Positions 63,801 through 64,000 of a stretch of 64,000 nt of DNA are shown here, in pieces. A program made the translations under genes and the position numbers. Source of the DNA: an uncultured Actinomycetes bacterium (GTDB lineage: Bacteria; Actinomycetota; Thermoleophilia; Solirubrobacterales; Solirubrobacteraceae); assembly GCA_963729125.1 (NCBI GenBank), contig CAVSML010000004.1:13287-77286 (forward strand), read 5' to 3'. Under the pieces are notes generated by a model, which saw nothing but the letters and a program-made list of their open reading frames with translations, was not told where the DNA came from and searched no databases. Position 1 is the stretch's first letter, and each line of letters begins with the position of its first letter.

Positions 63801-64000
63801 GCTTGGCGAGCAGCTCGAGGATCAGCCGCTCCAGCGCCGAGGGGACGGCCGGCTCGTGGCGAGACGGCGGCTCGGGCATCGCCGTCAGGTGCTGCATGAG
63901 CACGCCCCGCGGATCGTCGCCGGTGAACGGGGCGCTACCGGCGACGAGCTCGTAGAGCGTGATCCCGAGCGCGTACAGGTCGCTCGCCGCGCCCACGTCG
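60847..64000 (-). CDS. multidomain Ser/Thr kinase - cyclase-homology - STAND ATPase - TPR protein (5' end outside window)
   Basis: Kinase C-lobe SDLYALGITLYELVAGSAPFTGDDP. Cyclase-homology HGGSVEHYLGDALVAMFG...GSPISDAGRLAERATQGEILLGE. Walker A VAGPPGIGKS and Walker B PLVVAVEDVHWAE. A long helical repeat tail. No HTH at the C-terminus. Confidence 0.85.
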   Translation of the reverse strand, partial: DVGAASDLYALGITLYELVAGSAPFTGDDPRGVLMQHLTAMPEPPSRHEPAVPSALERLILELLAKRPEERPPSAGAVVAALAEMRAPPPAPATARRPDARRLVSVLVARADVDDPEALHGVFDRCAEVLERHGGSVEHYLGDALVAMFGLDESHGDDALRAARAAVELRAETAELRLGLEMGEVFVARGPRGEPVATGSPISDAGRLAERATQGEILLGERILRLVAADASIDDTGSLLTLQADQPALLRTPQTAFVGRERELAVLHEAFAAARRDRACRLVTVAGPPGIGKSRLAGEFLAAIRDRATVLAGRCLAYGEGTTYRAIADIVRGLGGDDPRRRIEELLAGDDQAIRGILSAIGLSGEPAQADETAWALRRLVARLASERPLVVAVEDVHWAEPALLDMLDHVVALTSDAPVLLVCLTRPELLQERPEWGATQPDRAVLILEALDDEQARELAERLGAKDLAPRIAQRAEGNPLFVEQLVAVDAGDRDGELPTSIQAVLSARIDRLDAAERALLQRASVEGRTFHAGALAAGLPQRERDGLATGLAELARKELVESDQAEFAGEEAYRFTHALIRDAAYAGVPKALRAELHVGTGEWLAQRSAPDEILGYHFEQACLLRAELGRSGERERLLAARAVSHLRAASTAALARVDPAAASALLERAIALSEPADAPRGALLSALGSSLYEAGRMTEATRVLDEAVERAEDALMQARALVEREFVRLESATSVVAEDGRRVADAAMPVFERDGDEYGKCRVWSLRAQLAWTVGHIGVADDAWAAAADCARQAGAERELFDVLGWRATAAMLGPTPVDAAIRRCEGLRQLVGASPVAVIWMVNPLASLYAMKGEFESAERFLRDANAVRHELGHVEANLSHHEAFVRLLAGQPGLAEALLRAGAEQLAQLSDGRMLATTNAMLAQALYAQGEFDEAGELCRRAADGAASDDTVTQVMWRGVQAKILAAGGRCAEAETLAREGVALVEPTDMLSYRGDAMLDLSEVLVSGSRAAEAERALHTAIALYDMKGNAVAAARARALLDEPQG

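Overview
Very GC-rich bacterial chromosomal window (by eye about 70 percent or more, not computed). Gene content and synteny look Actinomycetota-like; this is inference, since no search was possible. I can support about 60 genes plus 3 tRNAs. Blocks: (i) 1-6 kb: a minus-strand ECF sigma / MGMT / LURP-like / small-protein operon, an acyl-CoA dehydrogenase, a DUF35-thiolase pair and a small Rossmann protein. (ii) 6-10 kb: a minus-strand DUF1015-OsmC-NUDIX-PCM stress/repair operon plus a CAP-domain secreted protein. (iii) tRNA-Pro, tRNA-Arg, a Fic gene, then recC-recB-recD. (iv) A secreted S8 protease. (v) Urease cluster ureABCFGD without ureE. (vi) GNAT and PepT in one frame, a thioredoxin-like gene, tRNA-His, an orphan Zn-ribbon/HhH gene and a 1165-aa secreted zinc metalloprotease. 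(vii) A permease, a CHAD protein and small membrane proteins. (viii) Housekeeping block tig-clpP-clpX, valS-folC, ndk-maf-mreBCD-pbp2-rodA-rne-rplU-rpmA. (ix) 58-64 kb: four same-strand genes, namely a Ser/Thr kinase / cyclase-like / STAND / TPR giant, a 111-aa orphan translationally coupled to an animal-type heme peroxidase, and an FHA-HTH regulator. This cluster is my best candidate for an undescribed system. The strongest sequence-level anomaly is repeated 1-nt frame breaks concentrated in two patches (about 1.5-5.9 kb and 12.7-20.5 kb, roughly 40 frame changes), while long genes elsewhere (ureC, the metalloprotease, valS, rne) are intact. Single breaks also hit clpX and pbp2, so assembly indels are more likely than true decay, but the sequence alone cannot settle this. 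Many adjacent genes overlap by GTGA/ATGA, and I used this to choose start codons. All calls rest on motif recognition in the supplied translations and on manual reading of the DNA. Frameshift positions are approximate (about +/-10 nt).
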